In this document: positions 20,588 to 29,407 of the stretch, in pieces
Position numbering within the stretch: the first letter of the stretch is position 1
Layout of the letters: each line of letters starts with the position of its first letter
From: Clostridiales bacterium
Lineage (GTDB): Bacteria; Bacillota; Clostridia; Lachnospirales; Lachnospiraceae
NCBI GenBank assembly: GCA_012839295.1
Contig: DUNO01000019.1
Location: forward strand, 52,682-116,681
Direction of reading: 5' to 3'
DNA: 64,000 nucleotides
Position numbers and translations under genes: made by a program
Notes under the pieces: generated by a model
Told to the model about the DNA's origin: nothing
The model's database searches: none
What the model saw: the letters and a program-made list of their open reading frames with translations, nothing else

Positions 20588-21379
20588 ATGGCACTTATAC
20601 AGGTTGATTACTCATCACGCGAATTACGTAGAAATGTGACTTTTAGGGCAGTGATACCAAATGACTACAATATATTCGGTGAAAAGTGTGATAGAACCCG
20701 GCAAAAATTTAGAACGGTATATCTTCTTCATGGATATAAAGGTAATTGTACTGACTGGCTCAATGGATTTCATATCCAGGAATTGGCTGACACTTATAAT
20801 TTTGTTGTTATCATGCCCTCTGGAGAAAACTCGTTTTATATTGATGAACCAGACAAGGGGGAATATTATGGAAGGTTTATAGGTAAAGAGTTAGTAGAAT
20901 ATACTAGGGATTTATTCCCTTTGTCATCAAAAAGAGAAGATACATTTATAGGTGGCTTTTCTATGGGTGGTTATGGAGCAGCAATTAATGGCCTTAAGTA
21001 CTCTGATAACTTTTCAAAAATTATGAGCTTTTCGGGAGGCTTTTTAGTGCTTGATGCAGCTGATGAAAAAGAATATACCAATGTTATGGTGTTAACAACT
21101 GAATATCAAAAGAGAATTTTTGGAGATGTGGACTTACTTAGAAATAGTGATAAGGATCCACGTTTTCTTGTAGAGCAGTTGCAAGCCGAAGGGAGCCAGA
21201 TCCCTGAAATATTCATGACATGTGGAACAGAAGACGGGTTGGTTGGTGTCAATCAAAAACTGAATAGATACCTTGTCAAAAGGGGAATATCGCATAAATA
21301 TATTGAGGATAAGGGAATACATGACAGAGAATTTACAAGACGCTATCTTGAAGAAGCAATTCAATGGATGTTAGAGTAA
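20588..21379 (+). CDS. Alpha/beta-hydrolase esterase (acetyl/tributyrin esterase type)
   Basis: VYLLHG; VIMPSGENSFY; GGFSMGGYGA (GxSxG); CGTEDGL; GIHD. Confidence 0.9.
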   Translation: MALIQVDYSSRELRRNVTFRAVIPNDYNIFGEKCDRTRQKFRTVYLLHGYKGNCTDWLNGFHIQELADTYNFVVIMPSGENSFYIDEPDKGEYYGRFIGKELVEYTRDLFPLSSKREDTFIGGFSMGGYGAAINGLKYSDNFSKIMSFSGGFLVLDAADEKEYTNVMVLTTEYQKRIFGDVDLLRNSDKDPRFLVEQLQAEGSQIPEIFMTCGTEDGLVGVNQKLNRYLVKRGISHKYIEDKGIHDREFTRRYLEEAIQWMLE

Positions 21380-21605
21380 ATAAATTGGAAAATATTCTAG
21401 GAGTATTTTTTAAAAATGAGGAGTGTTGAAATAGTAACCCGGTTTTATCAGCCTGTTTCAATTAGCTGTTTTTATTTGAGAGCTAATATGAGGTGAGTTG
21501 ATGGGGAGAATGTATGGAGGTTTATATATTAAGATGCGAACTTCCTATTGAAATTACGACTCAAGCCGACAAGAATACTTGAAAGCCTAAGAATAATGAG
21601 GATTA

Positions 21606-21641
21606 CCCGGATTTTATCTTGCTAAAATCCGGGATTTTTTT
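21606..21641 (+). terminator. Intrinsic terminator-like hairpin downstream of the catabolic operon
   Basis: CCCGGATTTTA / TAAAATCCGGG perfect 11-bp stem followed by A and a T7 tract. Confidence 0.65.
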
Positions 21642-22042
21642 GTTATAATTTATCCAGAGAAGATCCGACAATAATGCAACCGAATACGAACTTTCTAAAG
21701 TTCTTCCCTGACGTCGAATTATCAGATAACAGGAACAAGACAATGAGAAGTAGCTGTCTTCATACCGGATCGTTTATAATAATCAAGAAGATCACGGATT
21801 GACCAGAGCATCGGTTTCCTTTAACAGCTGGAATGCCGTCCGGAACCACAGAGAAAAATCCATATTTGTCAAAATGGTTGAGTGGAAAAAATATGAGAAG
21901 TTTGCATATTGATATTTGGATATAATAATAGTATAATCTAAATTAGACTAATCTGAATTATATTAATCTGGATCGTACTGAGTAGGTTTATACCATAATT
22001 ATGTAAATATTCATAAAATCTTTATCAATGAGGAGGCATGTC

Positions 22043-23440
22043 ATGGAGTTTATCGGAAGGAAGGAAGAACTTGGGGTTCTGGAAAGGGAATACGGTCGTG
22101 CCGGTGGCTTTGTAGTAGTATATGGACGCCGGCGGGTGGGAAAGACTACGCTCATCAAGCAGTTTATCCGTAGTAAAAATGCGCTTTATTTTCTTGCAGG
22201 CGAAGAGCCTGACAGACAGAATTTAAACAAATTCACGGCCAAGGTTGCAGAATTCACCGGCCAGGCCTATCTGTCCGAAGCCCGGTTTGACAGTTGGCAA
22301 AGGATATTCTCGGTGCTTGTTGATAATAATCCAGGATCAAAAAAGGTACTGGTCATCGATGAATTCCAATATCTTGTGCAGTCCAACGCCGCTTTCCCGT
22401 CCATATTCCAAGAGGTCTGGGATGAAATATTAAAAGACCGGAACGTGATGGTTATTCTATGCGGCTCCCATATCAGCATGATGGAATCTGTGGCACTAAA
22501 CCACAGTAGTCCCCTGTATGGCAGAAGAACTGCGCAGATTCGGCTCCATCCTTTAAAGTTTGTTGAATTTTCTGGAGCCTTTGCTGGGAAAAGCTTTGAA
22601 GAGCGCGCTAAAATTTACTCTGTAACCGGGGGTGTTCCCAAATACGTTGAATTTTTTGATAATGACCTTTCTCTAGAAGAAAATATTATAATAAATATTC
22701 TGAACAAATCCGGATTTTTATATGAAGAACCAGCTTTCCTCCTGGAAAAGGAGGTAAGGGAGCCGGTTAATTATTTTTCCATCATGAAGGCAATCTCCAT
22801 GGGGAATCATAAAATATCAGAAATAGCCACCGTTCTGGAGCAGAAGGCGAGCAGCCTAAGCCCCTATCTTGCCATCCTATCCTCGCTGTTCCTCATCGAA
22901 AAGCGAATGCCGGTTACGGAAAAAGCACCGGAGAAGAGCAGACGTGGACTTTATTATATCTGCGATAATTTTATTGAATTTTGGTTTAGATTTGTATTTC
23001 CCTATAAGGGGGAGCTTGAGCTGGACAATTACGGGTATGTGCTTGAGAAGCTAAATAGCAATCTGGTGGATAACCATGTCAGCTTTGTTTATGAGCAGAT
23101 TTGCCGGGAGGTTTTTGTTTTGCTCTGCCGGGAAGGCCAGATTGACTTTAATATATCAAAAATAGGCGCATTCTGGAATAGCAGTATTCAGATAGACATC
23201 GTTGCCATTGACCATCAGCATCAAAGATTGTTTGCCGGAGAATGCAAATTTTACGAAAAGCCAGTTGTTATGCGGGTTTATTCCGATTTATTGGAGAAAT
23301 GCAGGAATATACCGGAATTTGAAGGCTACAGCATAATTTATGGATTATTCTCAAAAAGCGGATTCGATGACAGGCTTGTGGAAATATCAAGGGAGAATGA
23401 GGCTCTGATACTCATCAATGAGGAGGCTGTAATGAAATAA
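22043..23440 (+). CDS. ATP-binding protein of the 'archaeal ATPase' family with wHTH and C-terminal DUF234 / PD-(D/E)xK-like domain
   Basis: FIGRKEEL; YGRRRVGKT; VIDEFQYL; ILCGS; TGGVPKY; C-terminal QIDIVAID...AGECKF. Confidence 0.85.
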   Translation: MEFIGRKEELGVLEREYGRAGGFVVVYGRRRVGKTTLIKQFIRSKNALYFLAGEEPDRQNLNKFTAKVAEFTGQAYLSEARFDSWQRIFSVLVDNNPGSKKVLVIDEFQYLVQSNAAFPSIFQEVWDEILKDRNVMVILCGSHISMMESVALNHSSPLYGRRTAQIRLHPLKFVEFSGAFAGKSFEERAKIYSVTGGVPKYVEFFDNDLSLEENIIINILNKSGFLYEEPAFLLEKEVREPVNYFSIMKAISMGNHKISEIATVLEQKASSLSPYLAILSSLFLIEKRMPVTEKAPEKSRRGLYYICDNFIEFWFRFVFPYKGELELDNYGYVLEKLNSNLVDNHVSFVYEQICREVFVLLCREGQIDFNISKIGAFWNSSIQIDIVAIDHQHQRLFAGECKFYEKPVVMRVYSDLLEKCRNIPEFEGYSIIYGLFSKSGFDDRLVEISRENEALILINEEAVMK

Positions 23441-23703
23441 GTAAGGGCTTACGTCCTATCTATAACATAGTCATAGAAAAGGTTAATTTGATCATTTTGC
23501 ATAAAATGACCAAATTGAAATCGGTAAGAAGCAAAGCGGCTACAAATTCCCTTGACAAGCTTCTTGTCTTTCTTTATTATTATATAGTTTGCTGTGTTTG
23601 TGGAAATGATATCAAAGACAGTGCATTTTACCCTGATATTTATTACCTGTGGAATCATAGACAAGATCCAGAGGTATTATATGTAAAGTTTGGAGGAATT
23701 ACT

Positions 23704-25293
23704 TTGAGTAATTATGCGAATGAAATTAAGAAAAGACGTACCTTTGCGATTATTTCCCACCCGGATGCCGGTAAGACAACCTTGACCGAGAAGCTGTTGC
23801 TGTACGGAGGTGCCATTAACCTGGCTGGTTCCGTAAAAGGGAAAAAAACGGACAAGCATGCCGTATCGGACTGGATGGAGATTGAAAAGCAGCGTGGTAT
23901 TTCTGTTACCTCCTCGGCGATGCAGTTTAATTATGGAGACTATTGCATTAATATATTAGATACTCCCGGTCACCAGGATTTCTCAGAGGATACCTATAGG
24001 ACATTGATGGCGGCGGATTCCGCAGTCATGGTAATTGATGCCTCGAAGGGTGTTGAGAACCAGACGAAGAAGCTGTTCAAGGTCTGTGTTATGCGAAATA
24101 TCCCGATTTTTACATTTATTAATAAGCTGGACCGTGAAGCGAGGGACACCTTTGAATTGCTGGATGACATTGAGACGGTGCTCGGCATACGCACCTGCCC
24201 TATGAACTGGCCCATTGGCTCCGGTAAGAATTTTAAGGGAGTTTATGACCGGATCTCGAAGCATATCACACGCTTTTATGCGGCACATAACGGAATGAAG
24301 GAAGTGGATACGATTGAAGTCGAGCTTGGTGACCCTGGCCTGGATGAGCTGATCGGGAAGCAGAACCATGAAATCCTGGCCGAGGAAATCGAGCTGATCG
24401 ACGGTGCCAGCAGTGAGTTTAACCTGGAGGAGGTTCTGGCAGGTAAGTTAACTCCTGTCTTCTTTGGCTCTGCGCTGACGAATTTTGGTGTGGAACCCTT
24501 CCTGAAGCAGTATCTGGCAATGACTACCTCTCCCTTGCCCAGGGCTTCCTCGGAAGGCAGGATCGATCCGCTGGCCAATGATTTTTCTGCCTTTGTATTT
24601 AAAATCCAGGCGAACATGAATAAGGCCCATAGGGATAGGATCGCATTTATGAGAATCTGCTCCGGCAAGTTCACGGCGGGCATGGAGGTGAACCATGTGC
24701 AGGGCAATAAGAAAATGCGCCTGTCCCAGCCCCAGCAGCTGATGGCCCAGGAGAGAACCATTATTGAAGAAGCCTATGCGGGGGACATCATCGGTGTCTT
24801 TGACCCGGGGATTTTCTCCATTGGAGATACCCTGTGCATGCCTGACCAGAAATTTATGTATGAAGGCATTCCGACCTTTTCCCCGGAGCATTTTGCGAAG
24901 ATCCGCCAGGTGGATACGATGAAGAGGAAGCAGTTCCTTAAGGGCGTTACCCAGATTGCACAGGAAGGTGCCATTCAGATCTTCCAGGAGTATAACACTG
25001 GTATGGAGGAGATTATCGTCGGTGTTGTCGGTGTCCTGCAGTTTGATGTGTTGAAATTCCGGCTGGAGTCCGAGTACGGCGTGGAAATCCGTATGGAGCC
25101 CCTTGCCTATGAATATATCCGCTGGATAGAGAATAAGGATATCGAGGTCAGTAAGCTGAGCGTGTCCTCTGATACGAAGAAGATCAAGGACCTGAAGGGA
25201 AATCCCTTGCTGCTGTTCGTGAACCGCTGGAGTATCCAGATGGCAATGGAGCGCAACCCTGGCTTGGAGCTTTCTGAATTCGGCAAGGCATAA
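23704..25293 (+). CDS. prfC: Peptide chain release factor 3
   Basis: TTG start after GGAGG; RRTFAIISHPDAGKTTLTEKLLLYGG; SDWMEIEKQRGISVTS; DTPGHQDFSEDTYR; GVVGVLQFDV. Confidence 0.96.
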   Translation: MSNYANEIKKRRTFAIISHPDAGKTTLTEKLLLYGGAINLAGSVKGKKTDKHAVSDWMEIEKQRGISVTSSAMQFNYGDYCINILDTPGHQDFSEDTYRTLMAADSAVMVIDASKGVENQTKKLFKVCVMRNIPIFTFINKLDREARDTFELLDDIETVLGIRTCPMNWPIGSGKNFKGVYDRISKHITRFYAAHNGMKEVDTIEVELGDPGLDELIGKQNHEILAEEIELIDGASSEFNLEEVLAGKLTPVFFGSALTNFGVEPFLKQYLAMTTSPLPRASSEGRIDPLANDFSAFVFKIQANMNKAHRDRIAFMRICSGKFTAGMEVNHVQGNKKMRLSQPQQLMAQERTIIEEAYAGDIIGVFDPGIFSIGDTLCMPDQKFMYEGIPTFSPEHFAKIRQVDTMKRKQFLKGVTQIAQEGAIQIFQEYNTGMEEIIVGVVGVLQFDVLKFRLESEYGVEIRMEPLAYEYIRWIENKDIEVSKLSVSSDTKKIKDLKGNPLLLFVNRWSIQMAMERNPGLELSEFGKA

Positions 25294-25315
25294 GTGAATA
25301 GTGAGGAGACAAACG

Positions 25316-26731
25316 ATGGAAGAGAGAATGAAAGAAAATCCCTTAGGCACGGTGCCGGTAAATAAATTATTAAGGCAATTTGCAATACCGAGTATCATAG
25401 CTATGCTGGTGAGCGCCTTGTATAATATTGTAGACCAGTTTTTTATAGGAAGAAGCGTAGGTGAGCTGGGAAATGCGGCGACGAATATTGCATTCCCCCT
25501 TACAACCTCCTGCATTGCGATCGCCCTTCTCTTTGGTATAGGCGGGGCTTCGGCCTTCAACCTGACGCTTGGAAAGGGAGACAAGGAAAAGGCGCTATAT
25601 TATATTGGGAATGCAGCCGTGATGATGTTTGGATGTGGGGTTGTATTGCTTATCATCGCTCAGATCTTTTTGACGCCGCTGCTAAAATTCTTTGGATCTC
25701 CGGCAGATGTTTTGGGATATGCCAAGACATATACCGGCATTACCGCAATCGGTTTCCCTTTTTTGATTCTCGCGACTGGGGGCGGGCACCTGGTTCGTGC
25801 TGACGGCAGCCCCAAATTTACTATGATTAGCAATCTTGTAGGAGCTGTTATTAATACGGTTTTGGATGCCCTCTTTGTATTTGGCTTTCATTGGGGGATG
25901 GCCGGGGCGGCTGTTGCGACGATTATTGGCCAGATGATATCAGCAGGGATGGTATTTTATTATCTATGCCATTATAAAACAGGAAGGATAGAAAAAAGGC
26001 ATCTTAGGATAAGAGGGAAGCATGTTGGAAGGATCGCGTCGCTTGGAGCAGCGCCCTGCAGCAACCAGCTTGCCATGATGGTTGTTCAGGTTGTCCTTAA
26101 TAAATCCTTAACCTACTACGGTGCATTATCAGACTTTGGACAATCCATACCACTGGCGAGCGCCGGGATTATCATGAAGGTAAACCAGTTGTTTTTCTCC
26201 TTTATTATCGGTATTTCCCAGGGCTTACAGCCGATTATAAGCTTCAATTATGGGGCTGGGAAGTACGCCCGTGTTAAGAGTGCATACCTGCGGGCAATTT
26301 CCTACGGAGGCGTGCTTGCACTGACGGCCTTTCTTATGTTCCAGATATTCCCTCGCCAAATCATCTCGCTGTTTGGAGATGGCTCAGGAGAATACTACCG
26401 GTTTGCTACCAGCTTTTTCAGGATATTTTTATTCTTTACCTTCCTGAACTTTTTGCAGCCTATAACGTCCAACTTCTTTACTGCAATAGGAAAGCCCCAG
26501 AAGGGTATCTTCCTGTCATTGACTAGGCAGATTATTTTCCTGTTGCCCCTCGTCATCGTTCTGCCGTTATTCATGGGAATGGATGGTATCCTGTATTCCG
26601 GTCCGATTGCGGATTTTGCAGCGGGAGTGGCAGCAAGTATAATGGTGGCAAAAGAACTGAAAGGGAAGATATATAGAAAGCCCCGTCATTTGGCTGAACT
26701 GGAGACAGCAGAGGTTAGGAGAAGCCGTTAA
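25316..26731 (+). CDS. MATE-family efflux transporter (MepA-like)
   Basis: LRQFAIPSIIAMLVSALYNIVDQFFIG; VRADGSPK; GMAGAAVAT; QPIISFNYGA. Confidence 0.92.
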   Translation: MEERMKENPLGTVPVNKLLRQFAIPSIIAMLVSALYNIVDQFFIGRSVGELGNAATNIAFPLTTSCIAIALLFGIGGASAFNLTLGKGDKEKALYYIGNAAVMMFGCGVVLLIIAQIFLTPLLKFFGSPADVLGYAKTYTGITAIGFPFLILATGGGHLVRADGSPKFTMISNLVGAVINTVLDALFVFGFHWGMAGAAVATIIGQMISAGMVFYYLCHYKTGRIEKRHLRIRGKHVGRIASLGAAPCSNQLAMMVVQVVLNKSLTYYGALSDFGQSIPLASAGIIMKVNQLFFSFIIGISQGLQPIISFNYGAGKYARVKSAYLRAISYGGVLALTAFLMFQIFPRQIISLFGDGSGEYYRFATSFFRIFLFFTFLNFLQPITSNFFTAIGKPQKGIFLSLTRQIIFLLPLVIVLPLFMGMDGILYSGPIADFAAGVAASIMVAKELKGKIYRKPRHLAELETAEVRRSR

Positions 26732-26771
26732 TATAAAATGCCTTGGGCATCAAGGGCCTTTTCATTGGTAA

Positions 26772-26826
26772 GAAGAGGGTAAGCCAAGAGAAATTGATAT
26801 TGTTTCTCCATTGGCTTACCCTCTTC
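26772..26826. repeat. 55-bp inverted repeat between convergent MATE and nagA genes
   Basis: GAAGAGGGTAAGCCAA-GAGAAA ... TTTCTC-CA-TTGGCTTACCCTCTTC. Confidence 0.8.
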
Positions 26827-26921
26827 AACATTCTTTACAGGGGGACTTGAACTAGACTGCTTGTTACCGGAGCAGGTGCGACATTACCCATTCATTCGTC
26901 CGTGAAAGCGGCTTTACTTAC

Positions 26922-26937
26922 TGGCACGGCTTTTGCA
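26922..26937 (+). promoter_or_regulatory. Consensus sigma54 (-24/-12) site pointing antisense into nagA
   Basis: TGGCACG-GCTT-TTGCA matches TGGCACG-N4-TTGCW exactly; function untested. Confidence 0.35.
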
Positions 26938-26971
26938 ACGTCCCCCTCTATAACCGGCTTCAATTACTTCA

Positions 26972-28084
26972 CTACAACACTTTCCCCTTAAGAATCACCC
27001 GGTTCATACTAAGATCCGGATTCAATAATACGACATTAGCATATTTCCCAGGGGTGAGGCTCCCATATTGGTCATAAATCCCGATCTGTTTTGCCGGGTT
27101 TACCGCGGCACATTTTACGGCGCTTTCCAGAGGGATGCCCATGGATACTGCAGTGGTCATGCAGGCCATGAGGTTGGTGGTAGAGCCCGCCAGTGTGCCA
27201 TCCGTAAGGGTAGCCTTATTGCCGGCTACAAACACCTTCTGGCCTCCAAGGGAGTATTCCCCATCCTCTAAGCCGGTGGCCATCATGCTGTCACTGACCA
27301 GGATGATACGGTCATCGCCAAACATCTTAAAGGTAGCCCGGATGACGCTTGGGGCAATATGTACCCCGTCACAGATCAATTCCACCTTCACATGCCCGCA
27401 GTCCAGCGCTGCACCGATAACTCCGGGATCCCGGTGGTTAAAGGGAGGCATTGCATTGTAGAGGTGGGTCACATTGCTTGCACCATTTTGGAAGGCTGTC
27501 ATTGCAGTAGCATAATCGGCCGTAGTATGTGCAACGGAAACCACGACCTCCTCTTTAACTGCTTGAATGAAATCCATAGCACCTTCTTCCTCCGGGGCAA
27601 TGGCAACTAATTTGATAAGGCCGCCGGAAAGCTGCTGCATTGTCCTAAAATGCAGCAGGTCCGCATGCATCAGATAGCTCCCGTTCTGGGCTCCCTTCTT
27701 TTTGTAGGATAGATAGGGGCCTTCCATATTGATGCCTACCAGATCTGATCCGCTGCCACTCTGGAAGGAAGCCGCATTCTTAAATATCTTTTTAAGCTCC
27801 TCTGCGCCAAGGGTCATGGTAGCGGGAGCTATATTTGTAATACCGCAGCGGGCTTCATAATCGGCGATTTTACTTAAAGCTTCCGGGGTTCCGTCACAGA
27901 AGTCATACCCTACGCAGCCATGAAAATGAATATCCGTAAGACCGGGTATTGCATAGAGGCCGTCAGCCTCCAGCACCTCATCCCCATCACCGGCAGAATC
28001 CGAAATCCTATCCTCCTTGAGATAGAGGTCTTTTTTTATAAAGGTGTTATTCTCAGTAAAAATCAGGGCGTTTTTAATAATCAT
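26972..28084 (-). CDS. nagA: N-acetylglucosamine-6-phosphate deacetylase
   Basis: PGLTDIHFHG; INMEGPYLS..KGAQ; THLYNAM; ICDGVHI; LVSDSM; LAGS. Confidence 0.95.
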   Translation of the reverse strand: MIIKNALIFTENNTFIKKDLYLKEDRISDSAGDGDEVLEADGLYAIPGLTDIHFHGCVGYDFCDGTPEALSKIADYEARCGITNIAPATMTLGAEELKKIFKNAASFQSGSGSDLVGINMEGPYLSYKKKGAQNGSYLMHADLLHFRTMQQLSGGLIKLVAIAPEEEGAMDFIQAVKEEVVVSVAHTTADYATAMTAFQNGASNVTHLYNAMPPFNHRDPGVIGAALDCGHVKVELICDGVHIAPSVIRATFKMFGDDRIILVSDSMMATGLEDGEYSLGGQKVFVAGNKATLTDGTLAGSTTNLMACMTTAVSMGIPLESAVKCAAVNPAKQIGIYDQYGSLTPGKYANVVLLNPDLSMNRVILKGKVL

Positions 28085-28099
28085 AAAAGGTCTCCTTCC

Positions 28100-28831
28100 T
28101 TATTTAGTCAGCTGGGAAAGGGCGGCCTTGTCAGCCACTATGGTTACATCCTTATGGAGCTGGAGGATGGAAGCAGGTACCGAGGGGGTGATTGGTCCTT
28201 CAATTACTTCCTTTAAAATTCCAGCCTTTCCTTCACCGCTGACAATAACTAAAATCTTCCCTGCCCCCATGATGCTTCCGATACCCATGGTATAGGCATG
28301 CTTTGGGATTTCATCAGGGCTGTTAAAGAAGCGGGCATTCGCATCAATCGTACTTTGTGCCAGGGTAACACAGTGGGTTGTCTTTTTGAAATTTACATCA
28401 GGCTCATTAAAGCCGATATGTCCATTATTGCCCAGTCCGAGCAGCTGCAGGCTCACACCTCCCAGTGCTGCAATTACCTGGTCGTAGCGGGCACATTCCT
28501 TCCTGGTATCATCCTCCAGGCCATTCGGTATATTGGTATTCCGGAGATTAATATTAATATGCTTGAATAAGTTCTCATACATAAAGTAATAGTAGCTCTG
28601 GGGATTATCCGGCGACAGTCCTTTATACTCATCCAGGTTAAGGGTCTTTACCTGGGAAAAGTCAATATCACCCTGGTTATACCATTCAACCAGCTGCCTG
28701 TATGTACCGATAGGGGAGGAGCCGGTAGCAAGGCCAAGAACACAGTCTGGCTTCATAATTACTTGTGCAAAAATAATACCTGCAGCTTTCCTGCTCATTT
28801 CCTGATAATCCTGTGCTTCAATAATTCTCAT
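28100..28831 (-). CDS. nagB: Glucosamine-6-phosphate deaminase
   Basis: LGLATGSSP; NLDEY; LLGLGNNGHIGFNEP; TMGIGSI; PASILQLH. Confidence 0.96.
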   Translation of the reverse strand: MRIIEAQDYQEMSRKAAGIIFAQVIMKPDCVLGLATGSSPIGTYRQLVEWYNQGDIDFSQVKTLNLDEYKGLSPDNPQSYYYFMYENLFKHININLRNTNIPNGLEDDTRKECARYDQVIAALGGVSLQLLGLGNNGHIGFNEPDVNFKKTTHCVTLAQSTIDANARFFNSPDEIPKHAYTMGIGSIMGAGKILVIVSGEGKAGILKEVIEGPITPSVPASILQLHKDVTIVADKAALSQLTK

Positions 28832-29407
28832 TTTAATCCGTACCTTTCCATGTGTGATTGCCTGTTCTAAGGGGACAGGACATTACCCTTTTCTTAATTG
28901 CATCATAGCATTATAGAGGATGATAATCAAGAGTAAAAAAGAAAGAATTTTTATTGGAAATAGTGAAAAATTATAATTTAAAGCTAAAAAATCCTATGAT
29001 TTTTTTGATCTCATGTACAAAATAAACAAATAAGGAGCTTATATGGCAATTTAGATCAAAAAATAACAAAAAAATAAAAATATTTTTTAATATCTTGAAA
29101 CGCGGATAAATGATATGATAATATAAAAATAGTAACGTAGTAAAGGCTTTTCATGAGGTGCCAGGTGTAAAGAGAAATTCTAAGGTGTCAAAAGACGCCA
29201 CCTAAGAATTTCTAAAACTCCACAAATGGAATATGATGTATTCCATTAGGAAGAACGCAAGAGAGGTGTTCTTTCCACTTATGTTTGTGCTGCCTACGGC
29301 AGCATGTCGGGAAGATTGAAAGGAATAAAAGTGCTAGACGAAGGGAGGAGGCAGGTTCATGCAAGTACTTTCGTGGCAATTTGTGTGGTAAATGCGTGGA
29401 CATAACT

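Noticed and set aside
21640-21910. Possible decayed gene or transposase fragment between the island terminator and the ATPase
   Set aside because: The frames I translated on both strands are short or broken by stops and show no motif I can assign; a translated search would be needed.
23488-23703. Long N-terminal extensions given by the ORF track (prfC, aspS, gatB, dapF, RpiR, PilZ, GntR)
   Set aside because: They overlap promoters, leaders or upstream genes. Downstream starts with good RBSs match the family N-termini, so those were used.
24448-25584. 378-aa minus-strand ORF and the many other antisense or alternate-frame ORFs in the track (for example 885-1271, 5470-6009, 31806-32387, 56045-56638, 57054-57716)
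   Set aside because: They overlap well-supported genes, lack recognisable motifs, and are expected shadows of real coding sequence.
26832-26960. 6S RNA, tRNA-like or tmRNA identity for the structured region
   Set aside because: Only short similarities on the minus strand (CACCTGCT...GTTCAA; GGGGGAC...GTCCCCC). Length and fold do not fit a cloverleaf or a clear 6S rod, so it is left as an unassigned candidate.
28832-29407. glmS ribozyme or other known riboswitch next to nagBA
   Set aside because: The conserved glmS core (AGCGCC...GACGAGG) was not found on either strand.
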